Positions 37,841-53,687 are shown, counted from the first letter of the stretch. The stretch: DNA of 64,000 nucleotides from Octopus sinensis (GCF_006345805.1 NC_042997.1:46438001-46502000); one strand, 5' to 3'. Made by a program: numbers and translations. The notes: generated by a model from the sequence alone, not told the origin.

Positions 37841-39793
37841 ATGATACCTATTTTATGAGCTGCAGTAGTGAAGTACAATTTAAAAAGCACAACGAAAATT
37901 TCTTTGGATTATTAAAAATTTATGACTAAACATCACTATGAAAAAGGATTATCATAACGTAAGTTCTTTTGACGCTACCTTCTGTCTTGAAAGTGGCTTA
38001 TTTGAACTATTTCATAAGCCAAATGATCATATTAATTACATAAATACAGCATCCAACCATCCACCCTCGGTAATACGGTGATTAGTTAAGAATATTTCTA
38101 CAAGAATTTCTTGATTATCCGCTAATAATGAAATTTTCGAATCACATTCAACTTATAATGCTGCTTTAGCTAGGGCTGGGTACCGTGAAAAAATTCAATA
38201 TATACAAGAAGCCGGCATACACGACACTGCTAATTTCTTCAAAAGTAATACACATTTTACGCCATCACATAGTCACAGTATGAGAGAACTCAGAGAAAAC
38301 AGGCCAGAAAGAATTGGTCAAGACAATGAACTACCAACGAAAACACATAGACACACGCGGCATAATAATCCAAGTGCTCGCAACACTGAAAGTTGTTCCA
38401 ATCATGTACAGCACACTCGATCAAATAAGTCAAAAAACAGATATAGGAATCTAGTTCAACCCAATTTTCGGTTCGTCTGTTTCAACCAAGATCGCTGGAA
38501 AATCTTTTGCCGCTTTGGACAAAGGTTTTCCTAAATCTAATCGATATCATGCTACTTTTAATCGGCGCACCATGAGGTATCCTACGCTAACTCTGCTAAT
38601 TTAGAGTAGCTTATGCATCGCATAAACAATAGTAGAATGCGACAACAGTTCAATAACCCACCTACTGGACCTAGCGAATATATATACCTAAATACCAACA
38701 AAGGAGATGTACACCACTATGAAAAGCACCAATTAAGGCCAATTTGTAATAGTAGAAAGGCATGAAATAGCTAACACGGTAACAGCGTCGGAAAGTGAAA
38801 TCGGCACTACCACCATATACAAATAAATATGATAAATGCTCATGCGGAGAAAAATCAAAATACCCATTGGTGACTATCGGTATGAGTATAAATCTGGTGT
38901 ATTAATGTATCGTGCACACAAAGGGAGGGCCGTATATTTACATTAGGCAGACGGCTGATTCATTTAAGAATCGTTATCGCAACTATTTTGCCAGCTTCAA
39001 GAGAATCAAAAAGCGACATTCAACATCTTTGGCCGATTTTGAATGGCAACTGAAGAAGATAAAATTAAGTAAAACATAACTGGTTCATAGTAAGGCACGC
39101 AAAATCATACAATATCATTTCTAGGAGATGCCGACTCTCCTCCGAGGAATCCTTGTCTATTCTTTGGACCAATGAGAATAGAATTTCCGAAAGTCTCTCA
39201 AGATACCTACACGCATATAAATGTACTTTCGCACAATGCAGTGGAAATGAACTTGAGTAAATGTTAACATAATTTACTTGAAGGCGTGCATGAATTAAGT
39301 TTAGCTTGAACCTCCCCAATTTTATAAATACCAAGTAGCTATTTAACACGCTTTGTGATAGTGAGTGCACCAAATCACACGTGTACGGATGCTTGTATGA
39401 GCGAGTGTGAACGCGCCATGCCACTTGCGCGAGGGCGTTTATACATCCATATATATGTTAACACTTATTTTTAATGCTTTTATCGCTGTATTTTCGTGTT
39501 CGTTTATTTTTTTGCATTTGTGATTTTATTTTTGATCTTCTATATAAATGAAGATATTTCCTTCGTTTTGCTGGTGTTCTTTCAACGAAATAAGAAGACA
39601 CATTGCGAAACTGTTATTTTAATGAGTTGTGCCTATTTATCAACCGATGAGACATCTGCACTGCTGGACGCTTCTGAACCAGTTAAGTGTCCCACCCGTG
39701 AGGGATCGATGCTAGATGTGTCAAAACAGTTATCGTGATTAATAACAAAATTCTCGTATATTCCATCTTCCTTCTTTCATTTACCATATATAT

Positions 39794-39860
<67 letters not shown>

Positions 39861-39950
39861 CATATTTATATATATATATATATACATATTTATATATATA
39901 TATATACATACATATTTATATATATATATACATATTTATATAAATATATA

Positions 39951-40014
<64 letters not shown>

Positions 40015-40039
40015 TATATATAACGGGAAGCTTTATGAA

Positions 40040-40200
40040 AATAAACAAAAGACGAAGGCAGGTGGAATACTAACAAAAAATTGTATTAGTATGGCGCTCA
40101 GGAATATAAATAAAACAAGTCTTTTACGTTTCGAGCCTATGCTCTTCAACAGAAAGATACACAGAAAAGAAACACGGAGAGAAACAAGGAGAGAAAAAAA
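40040..40200 (-). mobile_element. Penelope terminal-repeat remnant with a minimal variant hammerhead-like motif (40120-40157)
   Basis: Minus strand: tcttt CTGTTGAA GAGC atag GCTC GAAAC GTA aaaga. Flanked by (AT)n; same family as 3160-3290. Confidence 0.65.
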
Positions 40201-40222
40201 ATGCGTGCAGAAGCTAGCGAAT

Positions 40223-40357
<135 letters not shown>

Positions 40358-40391
40358 CATATTTATATATATATACATATACATATATATA

Positions 40392-40442
<51 letters not shown>

Positions 40443-41399
40443 CATATATATATATATATCATAAATACATACATATATATACGTATTCAACAGTATATAT
40501 ATGTGTGTGTGACGTGTGTCTGTGTGTCATTGTATGTATATAAAGCACATAAATTTGTGTTATTTTATACCTATGCCGCACTTAGAACCAGCTCTGAGTC
40601 GGGTACACGGTTTAAATTGAACTTTGGTACTCACATACCTACTGTATCCTACCAACACATGATACCTTCATTGTTGTTTTACCTTCATTGTTATTGTACC
40701 TTGCCGGTTTCTGGCTTCCTCTGTGTTGATGTACCTAAATTCTAAAACTATATATACACATATATATATGTTAGTAAGTAAATATAGCACGACGTGATTT
40801 ATTTAAGAAATCGCGGTGCAGTGTCAGAATGTCAAACGACAGTCAAGCTACAAAAAATATTATTTTTCCAATAAGTTTAGCGTGAGCAAAAGTAATAAAA
40901 ATGTATCATTTACAGTTTGACTGTAAACATATTGATCGAGATGAAAAGAACTAAACACAAGCTATGAAATCTCTCACGTGGAATAATGACAATACATGGA
41001 GTTCGAATCCCATAGAAGTTTGTATTCGCTATTAAGAATTCTAGCTAGGAAATGTTTACATGTAGCATGCATGTCGGAAGTGTATATATGTATGCATACA
41101 CACATATATATTATACATGCACACGCACATATATCATTTGATACAAGCAGGATTGAAATGCGAGCTACTATTTGTTTCTTGCCTTTGGAAAAATAATGTT
41201 CGGACACGTTTGTATTGAGAGTAGTTTGTTTTCAAGCAATTATTGAAAGGCACAATAAAACATGGCTGCTACTTGAGAAAAAAAAAACGAGAGAAAACAA
41301 GGAAGAACGAGAAGAAAAAATATAAGAAAGAAAAATGAATATATATGCGTGTGTGTGTCTTTGTATATACATTTAGATGGGTACGTTCTTACATACACT

Positions 41400-41795
41400 T
41401 TTATATCACTTTTACTCTTTTACTTGTTTCAGTCATTTGACTGCGGCCATGCTGGAGCACCGCCTTTAATCGAGCAACTCGACCCCGGGACTTATTCTTT
41501 TGTATCGGTCTCTTTTGCCGAACCGCTAAGTAACGGGGACAGAAACACACCAGCATCGGTTGTCAAGCAATGCTAGGGGGACAAACACACTCACACAAAC
41601 ACACACACGCATATATATATATACATATATACGACGGGCTTCTTTCAGTTTCCGTCTACCAAATCCACTCACAAGGCTTTGGTCGGCCCGAGGCTATATT
41701 AGAAGACACTTGCCCAAGGTGCCATGCATGGGACTGAACCCGGAACCATGTGGCTGGTAAACAAGCTACTTACCACACAGCCACTCCTGCGCCTA
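41400..41795 (-). mobile_element. SINE family A copy
   Basis: Reverse complement of head, body and tail. Confidence 0.9.
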
Positions 41796-42027
41796 TATAT
41801 ATACATAAATGAAACGAAAAACGAGCTAAGGCAAATTGCTCAGGTAAGCCAGTGGCATGGGATATATTTGAACTGCAAAAGCACATGCGACTATGCTAAA
41901 TAAGGTTCAACATAAATTTTGATTTATTAAAATAATTACCGAAGAGGAACAATAAGTTGATAGCAACTGGAACCACCTCCAAATAAAAAGTGTATGTAAT
42001 GGGAAGAATCAGGCGTGGATCCCCAGC

Positions 42028-42350
42028 CACATGGTTCCGGATTTAGTCCCACTGCGTGGCATCTTAGGCAAGAGTCTTTTACTATAGCCTCGAGCCGACC
42101 AAAGTTTTGTGAGTGAACTTGGTAAACGGAAACTGTCGTGTGTGTCTGTGTGTTTGTGTGTGTGTTTGCTTTCTGTGTTTGCTTCCCAACACTACTTGAC
42201 AACCGGTGTTAGTCTGTTTATGTCCTCGTAGAGACTGATAAAATAAGTGCCAGGCTTTTAAAAAAGAGTACTGGGGTAGATACATCTGACTGAACTATCA
42301 AGGCGGTGCCACAGCATAGCTGCACTCAAATGACTCAAATAGAAGGTAAA
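42028..42350 (+). mobile_element. SINE family A copy (diverged)
   Basis: ccacatggttccggatttagtcccactgcgtggcatc...ggcggtgccacagcatagc. Confidence 0.75.
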
Positions 42351-43083
42351 AGATATAATCTTCAAAATTCATGTTATTAAGGAAAAAGCTTTATCGGGAA
42401 ACCAGAGAACAGCAGGGGATATATATACTTTTGTCTAAATAAACGTCTTCAGCACACATGCATATATACATTTATATCACGCGCCCGCGCACGCACTCAC
42501 ATTTGTTCACACAAACACGTTCAAACGCACATCACACTAAAATACACCATACACACATATCTGTGTTTATTTTTGAGGAGATAGCTGCCGAGCTTTCTGT
42601 GTATAATTTGTTTATTAAAATCTTCAAGGAAAGAATGCGTTTATAAGATGAAGACGAAAACGATGATAATGGTATTGGTTGTGGGGGACGATGGTAGTGG
42701 AGATGTTGGTGCTGGGGAGGATGATTCTAGGGAGGTGATGATGTTGCTGATGATCATGAGAATAAACCATGATTGATGGTGTTGAATCAGTGAGGCACAA
42801 GTTGTGTTCATCTGTTGAGGAATGTGGTGGTGATGATGAGTGTGATGGCCGCAATCGTAGCGATAAGGAAAAAACCAACAGCTGGTGGGCGATAACAACA
42901 AACAACTCACTTTAATTATTTTTGTTGATTAACTTTCACGGTGATATCAGAGATTTGGACGGACACAAAAAAGAAAAAAAAATCATTCATAGGAGGTTAG
43001 TGGTTCGAAGGAAAATGAAGGATTATTAGGTGAAAGAAAAAGAGGAAGAACGAGAGATGGTGACAAAGATTAGGAAGGGGAAT

Positions 43084-43124
<41 letters not shown>

Positions 43125-43549
43125 AAGGGAGAGAGAAAGGGTTAATGAGGATGTATAAAAAGTAAGAAAAAGCTAAGAAGAAGAGTAACTTCATAGAGAG
43201 AGCACATAAAGAAACTACAAATATGATTACATGCAAAACAAAGAAAAGAAGGAGTGAGAAAGAGGAGGTGAGTGAGAGATTGAATGCAAGCCTGAGATAG
43301 AGGCAGGACTACAGAGAGAGTGGTGGGGAGTATTAGAAAGACAGTTAAACCTGCAAACGATACAATCGCTAGATAGAATCCGTGGGTATGAAGAATGCCA
43401 ACAATTCTTCGAACAAAAAACGATTGTGCCAAGATATAAACGAAGTCAATGCAGCACTCCAGTCAAAATAAAAGACACGGCACAGTCGTACCCCAGAAAA
43501 GAGTATCAGGAAATCAAAAAGCAACCATATACAGGGAGAGGCTAATACA

Positions 43550-43860
43550 CAGAGATAGGGAAATGAAAGCTAATTGACGAGGTATTGTGGTTAGAAAAGT
43601 ATCAAGGCACAGAAGTGCATACGAATTGACATACCAGACCCAAAAGATGACAAGACATCTGTTAAAGAAATAAAGAAACTACCCAAATACAAAGATCTGG
43701 AAACAGAAATAACCTGAATGTGGTACCTGAAATCAGAAACACTTCTTATAATAATAAGTGCTTTAAGTGTGAGAGAGAGAGAAAAAAAGAAGTAAATGCA
43801 GATAAATACAGAGCAAAAACCCAGGGCTTACGTCTATATAAAAAAAAACATTCTGCCTGA
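43550..43860 (+). mobile_element. R4/Dong-type LINE RLE remnant (decayed)
   Basis: KCIRIDIPDPKDDKTSVKEIKKLPKYKDLETEIT*MWYLKSETLLIIISAL. Confidence 0.75.
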
Positions 43861-45317
43861 GCAATAGAAGTAGCTGATAAGGTATAGCGGTATGTCAGCA
43901 CCTATTCGCTTATCTGTACTGCCACTATGTGTGTTTTGTAATCTTGCGTTTTTGTTGTTATTTATAGTAATATGCATGCCCAACCTTTTGTCTTTTAAGA
44001 TGATGGCATTGATGGCGTGGTCCTTCTCACATAAGCATTGCCTCGTGTCGTTTTGTTAGAGCTTCCGTACTGCTACCGAAATTCAGGGTCATGATGTCGC
44101 TATTTCCAGTCCTTTAGATTTCTGTTGTCGCCGTTTTGTGTTAGGGGCACTCACTGTAGAGGAAGATTATGGTAACACATTCGCAACACATTTGTAGAGT
44201 TTTGCCTACAATGCTCTTCACCGTAACGTGACATTACAACCCACACTTGAAGCAAGCGAAGCTGGAGATCCTTGCTAGATTTTCAGATTCTTGCTAAGTT
44301 ATGGTACTCAGACAATTGTTTCCATCACTCCTTTGATTTGGTAGTGGTCGCTTCCTCATACTTCTCCAGCATCATTTCATGCAGCCTGATCCTAGACACC
44401 CACTACTCCATCTACGGGGGTTAGAAATTCAGCTTGTCCCATTCCCATTTTATTCGATCACTTTTTACTGTTTTATTGAGCCGTTACGCTTTCCTTTCCT
44501 TCCGTGACATACAGTATACAATAATACTTGGTGGCATTTTCTGGCTCTGCGGAGATGGGAATATGATACGTTTGAATCTTCTACGAGATGCATCATAAAG
44601 CATTTGACTGCCTCCTCCGGAAGTGATATTAGTTCTTCTTTCATTATATAATCGTAGCCATCGGTTTTAGTTTTCTTTGGTAATTAGTTTCCTTGCTCAA
44701 ACACTCCTTTTCGAGGTAGGATTTGTAGCTAAAGCTATATTCATGCTGTCAGTGCCTGTATATTTTTGTGGTGGTCGTGTAGATATTGTCGTTACTATTG
44801 TTGTTGGTATTTTCTTCTTTTGAGAGTGTTAAATTTCTGTGGCTAATCTCTTACTGTCAACGTCGTCGCACTGGCTTCAAGAGAACTGGGCGGTGTTGTT
44901 GGTGACGGTAGTGGTAGCTGTAATGCCATCGCTGCCATCAAAGGATGTTAAAATTAGAGAGTGAAAATAGCATACTTGTCTTTTTTTTCTGTAACAAAAG
45001 AGACTAACGTTTTCCTCGACCTTTCATTTTCCTTCTTGCACGGCCCTCTTTTTCGTTTGTGTAAACAAATGACGCCACGTTAAATGGAGTAGTTTGCTTT
45101 AAAAGAATAGATTTTTGAAATAATATTTATCGGAGTTGAGAAGAGACTTCTTGATACACATACTGTGCCAAAAACTAGACAACCAAAGCTGCACCATTGG
45201 TAACGTCTGCCGCCAGAAGGCAGAGCACAATTGGTGAAAAATGTTTAAATAAGTAATGTTGTTGACAGTTATATTAATTCAGCAGAACGATTAAAATTCG
45301 TGATTCCTTCTCCAGTT

Positions 45318-46344
<1,027 letters not shown>

Positions 46345-46345
<1 letters not shown>

Positions 46346-46750
46346 CCTTTGTACTAAAAGCACAACGCCTGAAATTTTGGAGGAGGGGACTAGTCGATTA
46401 TATCGATCCCAGTGTTTTACTGTTACTTAATTTATCGGACCCGATTGGACGAAAGGCAAAGTCGGAAGAAGTGCCTCTAATCATTTGTCCGGCGTACTAG
46501 CGATTCTCGTAGCTTGTTGTTTGAATAATAATTATAATGATAATAATAATGTTTGTAGTAATAATGATCTCAAAGCCAGTAATTTAGGGGGAGGGTTAAG
46601 TCGATTACATCGACCCATGTTTTCAACTGGCATTTATTCTATTGACCTCGAAATGATGAAAGGCGAATGCGACCTTGGCGGAATTTGGTCCCAGAACGTA
46701 AAGATGGACGAAATGCTACTAAGAATTTTGTCCGGCTTGGTACTGTTTCT
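46345..46750 (-). mobile_element. Two diverged SINE family B copies
   Basis: gtcgattatatcgatcccagtg...gaaaggcaaagtcg (46345-46520) and gtcgattacatcgacccatg...gaccttggcggaatttg (46570-46750). Confidence 0.7.
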
Positions 46751-48995
46751 TACCAGCTTGGGCCATTTATAACGCACCTTAAAAATCATTGGCAGATTAC
46801 TTCATAACAACAGACATTGTAAAGATATCCACAGGTGATTTATAAGGATAGACATAGGCAGGTTCTTATAAATAGCATAAGTTCTGTAAATATCTTACAC
46901 TCTTCTCAAGTATTGTTTGTTCATCTTCAATGTTTTATTGCATATTTATCAAGATATATCTAATTGTATGTGATGTACGAAGAAAAATTTTCATGCATCT
47001 TTTGCAATCCTGAATGATAAAGATAACTGTTATAACGTCCATAGGTTGTGAATTAAGAAATTACTTGAAGCAAGAAGTAGATCAAATATCAGAACATGTA
47101 ACAGAATTCAGATCCTAGTTCTTAATTTACGTAGATATTGAAAAACGCATCGACGGGAAGCTAATATTATTTTTCATGTGTATGTTCTTTACATTCATGG
47201 CTTTATGAAAACATGTAAGCAAGAAACACTTTCGTACTAGGTCAATGTGTGTCTTCTAAAGTTATTCGATAGATTTATAAAAGATCCGATGTCTAGTAAA
47301 ATATTGACAAAATCTTTGTTATTCGCAGTTAGTTTGTTTAAGAAACGTGGGAGCATCTGATCTCAACAGCTTCTATTACTTTCCGATGAATTGCACTGAA
47401 ACTCTGTTTCACAGATGTAGACATTTGAAATGATTACAGAAGAAATTACTTTACATGTGATTCAGTTTCTATAGAAATTCTGTCTGAGCATCGATTTCCT
47501 TCAACGCTTATGTGCCAAAGCTCAGTAAACAAACTGAGAATCGCCTCAGAAAAAACCTCTGCCATAGTATGACTTTTGACACATGGGATTATACTTTTGA
47601 GCTTAGTATCATCGCTTGGTTTCTCTTTTAACTTTCTCGACAAATGAAAATACAGTCAAATACGAAATTATATAGAATCATAATTGTATATTTTTAGCAT
47701 CACGATACGTAAAAAAAAAGAAAAAAGAAAGAACATTGGAGAGAACGTCTATTTCAACTCTCGGCCAGCGTGAAATAACAGTAATTTCTATCTCCACCAG
47801 ATCACATGCTCCTCTCTTAAAAAGGACACATTTGGTAAGAAAAACCACGAAATAGTAAATAGTAACTTCGGCAGAAAGGCGAGATAGTCTTGGTTGGATC
47901 GACTTTCATCACAGAGTTGTTGGATGAAGGTTGATTTGGGACTAAGCAGCAGCAAAAGTACAAATTACATCAGGCAATGACTAGCAACAGACCAAGACTT
48001 TTAAATTTGATTATACAACAATGAATGACTATAAATGCAGTTGTAAAGTTTACTAGGAAGTGCACTTGATAGCAACTGCAAACCAATTACTAATTTAAGA
48101 ATGAGCACAATAACAAATCTTCCATAGTACTCTTAGCGGTCGTGCAGACAGTATGAAGGGCACGTATATTACATTTACAAATGCCTATTATTTGTTATTT
48201 CTGCGAGCTGTTAACCACTAATCTTTGATGTTAAAACGAGTTTTATTTTGGTAACATGCATTATGTTAAATACAGTAATATAAGTGTGAGGTAAAATGCA
48301 CGTAGTACACTTCAGCTTCTTTTATAAGCTGTCGAGTTTTGAAACAATTGATGTTCAAGACCGTTGCTTCTTACTCAGAGGAGACATCCGTTAAATCCAA
48401 AAATGCATAACTTTGACATAATTTTCTCGTTCATGGAAAATGTCGGCTATGAACTCTAAGCAAATTCAAGAAATCTGGGAGCCAGTCACTGCTTAAGCAA
48501 ACATGCCAAGCTTTTAGCCGAGAATTATAAATTCCATGTTGCCATGCAGAATACGAGCCAAATAAAGGTTGAAGTAGTGAATTAGTGGATGTAGGTTTAG
48601 TACAAATACAATAGTTAGGTTAATATCACTGCAACTAGCTTCTATTCGGCAATAAGCCAAGTCAAACCAAACCAAGCTAATATTGCAAAAGCAATATGGA
48701 AACATAAAGACAGACAGATTGGTACCTAAATAAGGAAAACAGCTGAACGCTGTACATATTTCCATAGAAACGCAACTCTCGGGTTAAAATCATCTCCAGT
48801 TGCTGAATCTCTGGAAACTTAACTGTCGCCTCCTACTATTATAAACAAAAGTAGGATATTTTCGCACTCATGTACGAGAATAACATTTTCACGTGTGTGA
48901 GTGGAATACGAGAAGATAAGAGCTAGACAGAAATAAATCAACTATAAAAACATGGAAATGAATGAATAAAATAACGACAGAAAGGAATAAGGATT

Positions 48996-49036
<41 letters not shown>

Positions 49037-49584
49037 AAAGAAAGTGACAGAGAAAAATTGGCGAAGATGAAGAGAGAAATAGGGGGAGCAAAAGAGGGAG
49101 AGAGTGAGAGAAACGGAGGTGATAAAGAGAGAGGTGAAAGATTCAGAGACAGACAGACAAGAAAAAGGTGGAGAAATGTGAAAAATATAAATTTGTGTAA
49201 TACAAGCATAACATTTAGAAAATTTGCGGCGATATATTACGTCTCGTGGCATTTAGCTACCTGGACAATAAAAAGATGTAATTCTATGAAATAGAGGAGA
49301 ATGAGTGTGTACTGATGTGGATATTTCATATACAGAAACACGCGCGCGCATACACACTCACATATAGGTATACATGCATGTTTTAAATATATATATATAT
49401 ATACACACACATATATGTTTGTATGAGTGTATGTATTTATGTGCTTGTGTATCTGTAGGTGTGTGCGTGTCGAATATTTACTACTACCACCGAGATCTGC
49501 ACCTGCGGCAAACACACACAGACACACAAATATATGTATGTACATATGTATGTATACATTCATACAACCACACATATGCATATA

Positions 49585-49620
<36 letters not shown>

Positions 49621-49649
49621 TAATCCAAACAAGAAAGCACAAAAAACCA

Positions 49650-49830
49650 CAACAACGCGAGGACGTGGAACAAATATGGTATTATTGGATGCTCAGGAAA
49701 GAAGGAGGGTTTAACGTTTCAAGCGGAGCTCTTCGTCGGAAATATAGGAGAAGGAAAGATCCAGAGAAGGGAAGACAGAGGAAAAAAAAATCGCCAACGG
49801 TACACACGAGGTCACATTTTGATAGTACAT
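49650..49830 (-). mobile_element. Penelope-type terminal-repeat remnant with a minimal variant hammerhead-like motif (49710-49742)
   Basis: Minus strand: ttt CCGACGAA GAGC tcc GCTT GAAAC GTT aaa; same layout as the 40120 motif. Confidence 0.5.
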
Positions 49831-50089
49831 CATAAATCCGAAAGAGATGCACATTGTAAGTTATATATTAGAGAATTTAGATAAAGATAGTGATGGCCAG
49901 GTTATCGTGCCCATAAGGTGCTCGGCTTTACACACGTCTCGTGAGACTCTAACGACTACGGGTCATTAGGTTTTGAAGAGACGTATGTAAAGCCAAGCAT
50001 TTTATGGACGTGAAATCCTGGGTAACTCTATGAACCGGCCGTAACTATCTTTATATAAATATATATATATATGACAAATTTAAGGATAG

Positions 50090-50990
50090 ACTGAGCAATA
50101 TGGAAGGGGTATTGACAAACCTAGATCAGCACATCAACATATTCCTCCTGTATGACTTCACCCACTCAAGTGTTTAAAGGCCTGAAGGCCACATACTCTC
50201 TGGGATGTCCATGTCCCATGTTGGCCTTTCTTTCCGATGTATATTTAGAGCATACAGCTTGCACTGTTGACATAAACTGATTGAGTTTCTAGTCAATTTC
50301 TTGCATAAACAGAATATATGTAGCATGTAGATTCATTACTGGTACTCTCTAATAGGTTGTTCGTGGAACAAGTGATACTCAAGACAACCGTAGGAAAGAA
50401 CATCTTGGAATTCTGCTTCACAAATAAATTGGACCTTATACACAATGTGAGGGTGACGCCAATAGCACACTCAGCCCACAACATTGTAGAACTAACTATG
50501 TAATGTCCTAAGTGAACTATTGGTGTTTACCCTATCAGGAGGGCTCAAGCCATATTCAATCTGAATTTCAATAAAGCAAAATGTGAATGAATCTGCATAG
50601 AGATCCACAAACGACACTGGTCAAACATTCTGTGTATGCAAGACATTGACTAGAAACTCAATCAGTTTATGCCAACAGTGCAAGCTATATGCACTAAATA
50701 TACCTCGGAAAGAAAGGCCAACATACCGACAAACAAAATACCCATGGACAAAAAATTCCGTATGAGATGCAGATCAAACATCACAAACCGGTTGAATAGG
50801 CAACTGGAGGATAGGGAGAGGTCTATTTTAAAACGGACACTGCTAGAAATCTGTTGTGGGGATAATAGTAATAATGGTACACCCCTCCCACGTGATGAGT
50901 GGTATGTGCTATTCGCTATAAATAAGGTGACGTCGGTCAGTATAAAGGGAGAGTACATCGTAGGTCATAGATTGTCGTGGTCTTACTAAG
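50090..50990 (+). mobile_element. CR1-type LINE APE endonuclease/linker remnant with an inserted inverted 80-bp duplicate
   Basis: IFLLYDFTHSSV (GDFN-like) and QVILKTTVGKNILEFCFTNKLDLIHNVRVTPIAHSAHNIVEL. 50218-50297 is the reverse complement of ~50645-50725 with ~4 mismatches. Confidence 0.7.
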
Positions 50991-51614
50991 TATACTGCTA
51001 TACCAGAGTGGGCGTTATATCAATCCGACAGTAAGGATTACAGCAGTGGGTTCGAGGAAGTATCAAACTCAAAAAAGTTTCTTTCTGCACATCTTACCAA
51101 AAAAAAATCTTAAAATTATGGAAAATTTGTTGGGCGGTTTGCTCGGGTTACAAAAACAGCAGCAACATAAAATGAATGAAGAAAAACAATAGAAGCTACA
51201 ACTGCAAGAGCAACAGCTGAAGCAACAAGAAAACTATATTACTATTACAGCAACAAATGCTGCAATTAATGAATGTTCTCGCCAGAATATGCTGCGAATT
51301 CGATAACAGTGTTTAAATACGAACCAGACAAAGGAAATATTTATCTCCAGATGTTTTCTCGGAGGAAAATTGCAGTAAGTCAAAAATTGCAGTAAAACAA
51401 ACTGAAACACCTGTTTTTAATTCAAAACGGAATGTACCGTTCGCGGCAATAGGCCAGGTAAACAAGGAACTTGAAAGACCTGAAAACCTAGGAATAATCG
51501 AGAAGACGGAACACTCAGATTGTGCAGCACCTGCGGTCTGCGGAAGAAGAAAAATATCAAGTTAAGACATTGTGCAGATTTTTTAAGAAGTTTAAATGAT
51601 TGCTTAATCGCACA

Positions 51615-51658
51615 TGATAGACGGAAACTAAAAGAAGCCCGTCGTATATCTCTACATG

Positions 51659-51710
<52 letters not shown>

Positions 51711-51925
51711 TTTGTGTGTGTGTGTTTGTCCCTCCCAGACATCGCTTGACAACCGATGCTGGTGTTTTTACGTTCCCGTAACTTAGCGGTTCGGCACGAG
51801 AGACCGCTAGAATAAGTACTAGGTTTACAAAGAATAAGTTCTGGGGTCGATTTGCTCGACTAAAGGCGGTACTCCAGCATGGCCACAGTCAAATGACTGA
51901 AACAAGTAAAAGAGTAAAAGAGTAA
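51615..51925 (+). mobile_element. SINE family A 3' part
   Basis: gacggaaactaaaagaagcccgtcg...ccagcatggccacagtcaaatgactgaaacaagtaaaagagtaaaagag. Confidence 0.85.
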
Positions 51926-52404
51926 TTAAGGAGATGGTAATTAATACGTACATTAATCTTTAGATTAATTAGTTTGTGGCTTTATCTATGGTGGTGTGTC
52001 CTTATATCTTCTCACATTATGCTTTTCGTTATTTGCTGTGTGTCACAAGACCATCCAGAATTTCTCATCTAGCTATACTTAGACGAATAATGATGTACGA
52101 GGGATGTAGTAGAATGATGAGTGTGATTTGCTTCTCTTCCAATGTTCTAAAACAAGCGACCTATAGTGATGCTACTGGATACTGATTTCTGCTGCTTGAT
52201 ATTTAATCAATTGTGTAATGATAGTTGATTCTTCTCGTATAGTCCAGTGAAGACTCAATTTTCCCATGGCTAGAGTGTCAAGTTCTTAAACAATATTCTG
52301 TTGATGTGATGTGTCAGAAAGGGCTAGTACTATTGTTGTAAGTTTAGACAATTCTGATTAGCTGAGTTCGAGACCTCAAGATTAAATTGTTTCAAATATG
52401 GGTT

Positions 52405-52595
52405 TAAAATTTTAGCACAAGACCAGCAGTTTCAAAGGAGAGCGTAAGTCGATTACATCGACCCCAGTGCTCTGGTACTTATTTTATCGTCGGCGAAAGG
52501 CAAAGTCGACCTTGGTGGAATTTGAACTAGAGTGTACGAAATGCTGCCAAGCATTTTTCCCGGCGTGCAACCGATTCTGTTTGCTCGCCGCCTTA
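52405..52595 (-). mobile_element. SINE family B copy
   Basis: gtcgattacatcgaccccagtg...aaaggcaaagtcgaccttggtggaatttgaac...ctcgccgcctt. Confidence 0.8.
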
Positions 52596-53501
52596 AATTG
52601 TTTTAAATATTATTGCATAATATAACAATATTCATGACGTCGAATTTCAATGAAGCAATTGTAAATTGATGTAATAGATTAATGTAATAGACTGGATGTA
52701 ATAAATTGAGTTGCTTACACCGTTCCTCTTGTCTATGTTCGTAAAACCTTACGGACACTTGTAAATTTTTAGGCATGTTTTTGATGTATAAAAACCTGCT
52801 GATTGCCATCTATCTGATTGTTTGTAACCACAGATGAGCTTAATAATTTAAACTCCAGAGTCAACACCCGAATTAAATTATCATATATATATTAAAGAAC
52901 AAATGTATGTATGTTTGTAACCGAGAGCAGAGTAAAACAGGTAGAAGAGGTAATCTTTTGTATTACAGTATCATATTTGCATAAACTTTAAACGTGTTTG
53001 ACTAGAGAACGCCAGTGTTTTGTGCAGTAACGATTATTTAGCCAATTGCATAACCACATACGCACGTAAGACTTTCAGAAGAAAACAGTAATTTAATCCA
53101 TTATTACTTGAGCTGACATTGCTACGTTAGAATTGATTATGGCCGTGAGGGAACAGTATTTATAGCAGATAAGAAAAGGAAGGCTATTATTTTTACTTTA
53201 TCAGTGAAATAAACATGAAAAGAAAGATATAAGAATAATAATTGTAGGCAAGATGTCTAAGGGAAAAAGGAAGATCAACTACCTAAGATGTCATACATCA
53301 AAGAAAATTTCAATTTAAGAATGCTAAATAAAGGTGTTTGTGGTGACATCAAGATGTAATTCGGTTAGCGAGAAATAGCCGTTCGTACATATTCACTCGT
53401 ACACACACTCACAGGCTTACACGCCCCACTTTATAGGCCTGTACAACTTCTTTAGATACACACTATAATGTATATACATACATACATACACATTGGTGTA
53501 G

Positions 53502-53545
<44 letters not shown>

Positions 53546-53656
53546 CATATGAATACATACATGTATATATATACATATATATACATACACACAAATATAT
53601 ATATATACATACATATGTATATATATACATATATATACATACATACATATATATAT

Positions 53657-53687
<31 letters not shown>

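Noticed and set aside
39065-39200. Exon-like open frames (also 47446-47643, 58744-58968, 59384-59441, 23553-23625, 8005-8190)
   Set aside because: Short, often open on both strands, with weak splice signals and no recognisable homology.
44000-44760. Possible gag zinc-knuckle relic (minus strand CFKCGL*CH)
   Set aside because: A single degenerate motif with no supporting protease, RT or LTR evidence.
47370-47412. ccgatgaa ttgcact gaaac tct gtt motif
   Set aside because: No stem II pairing.
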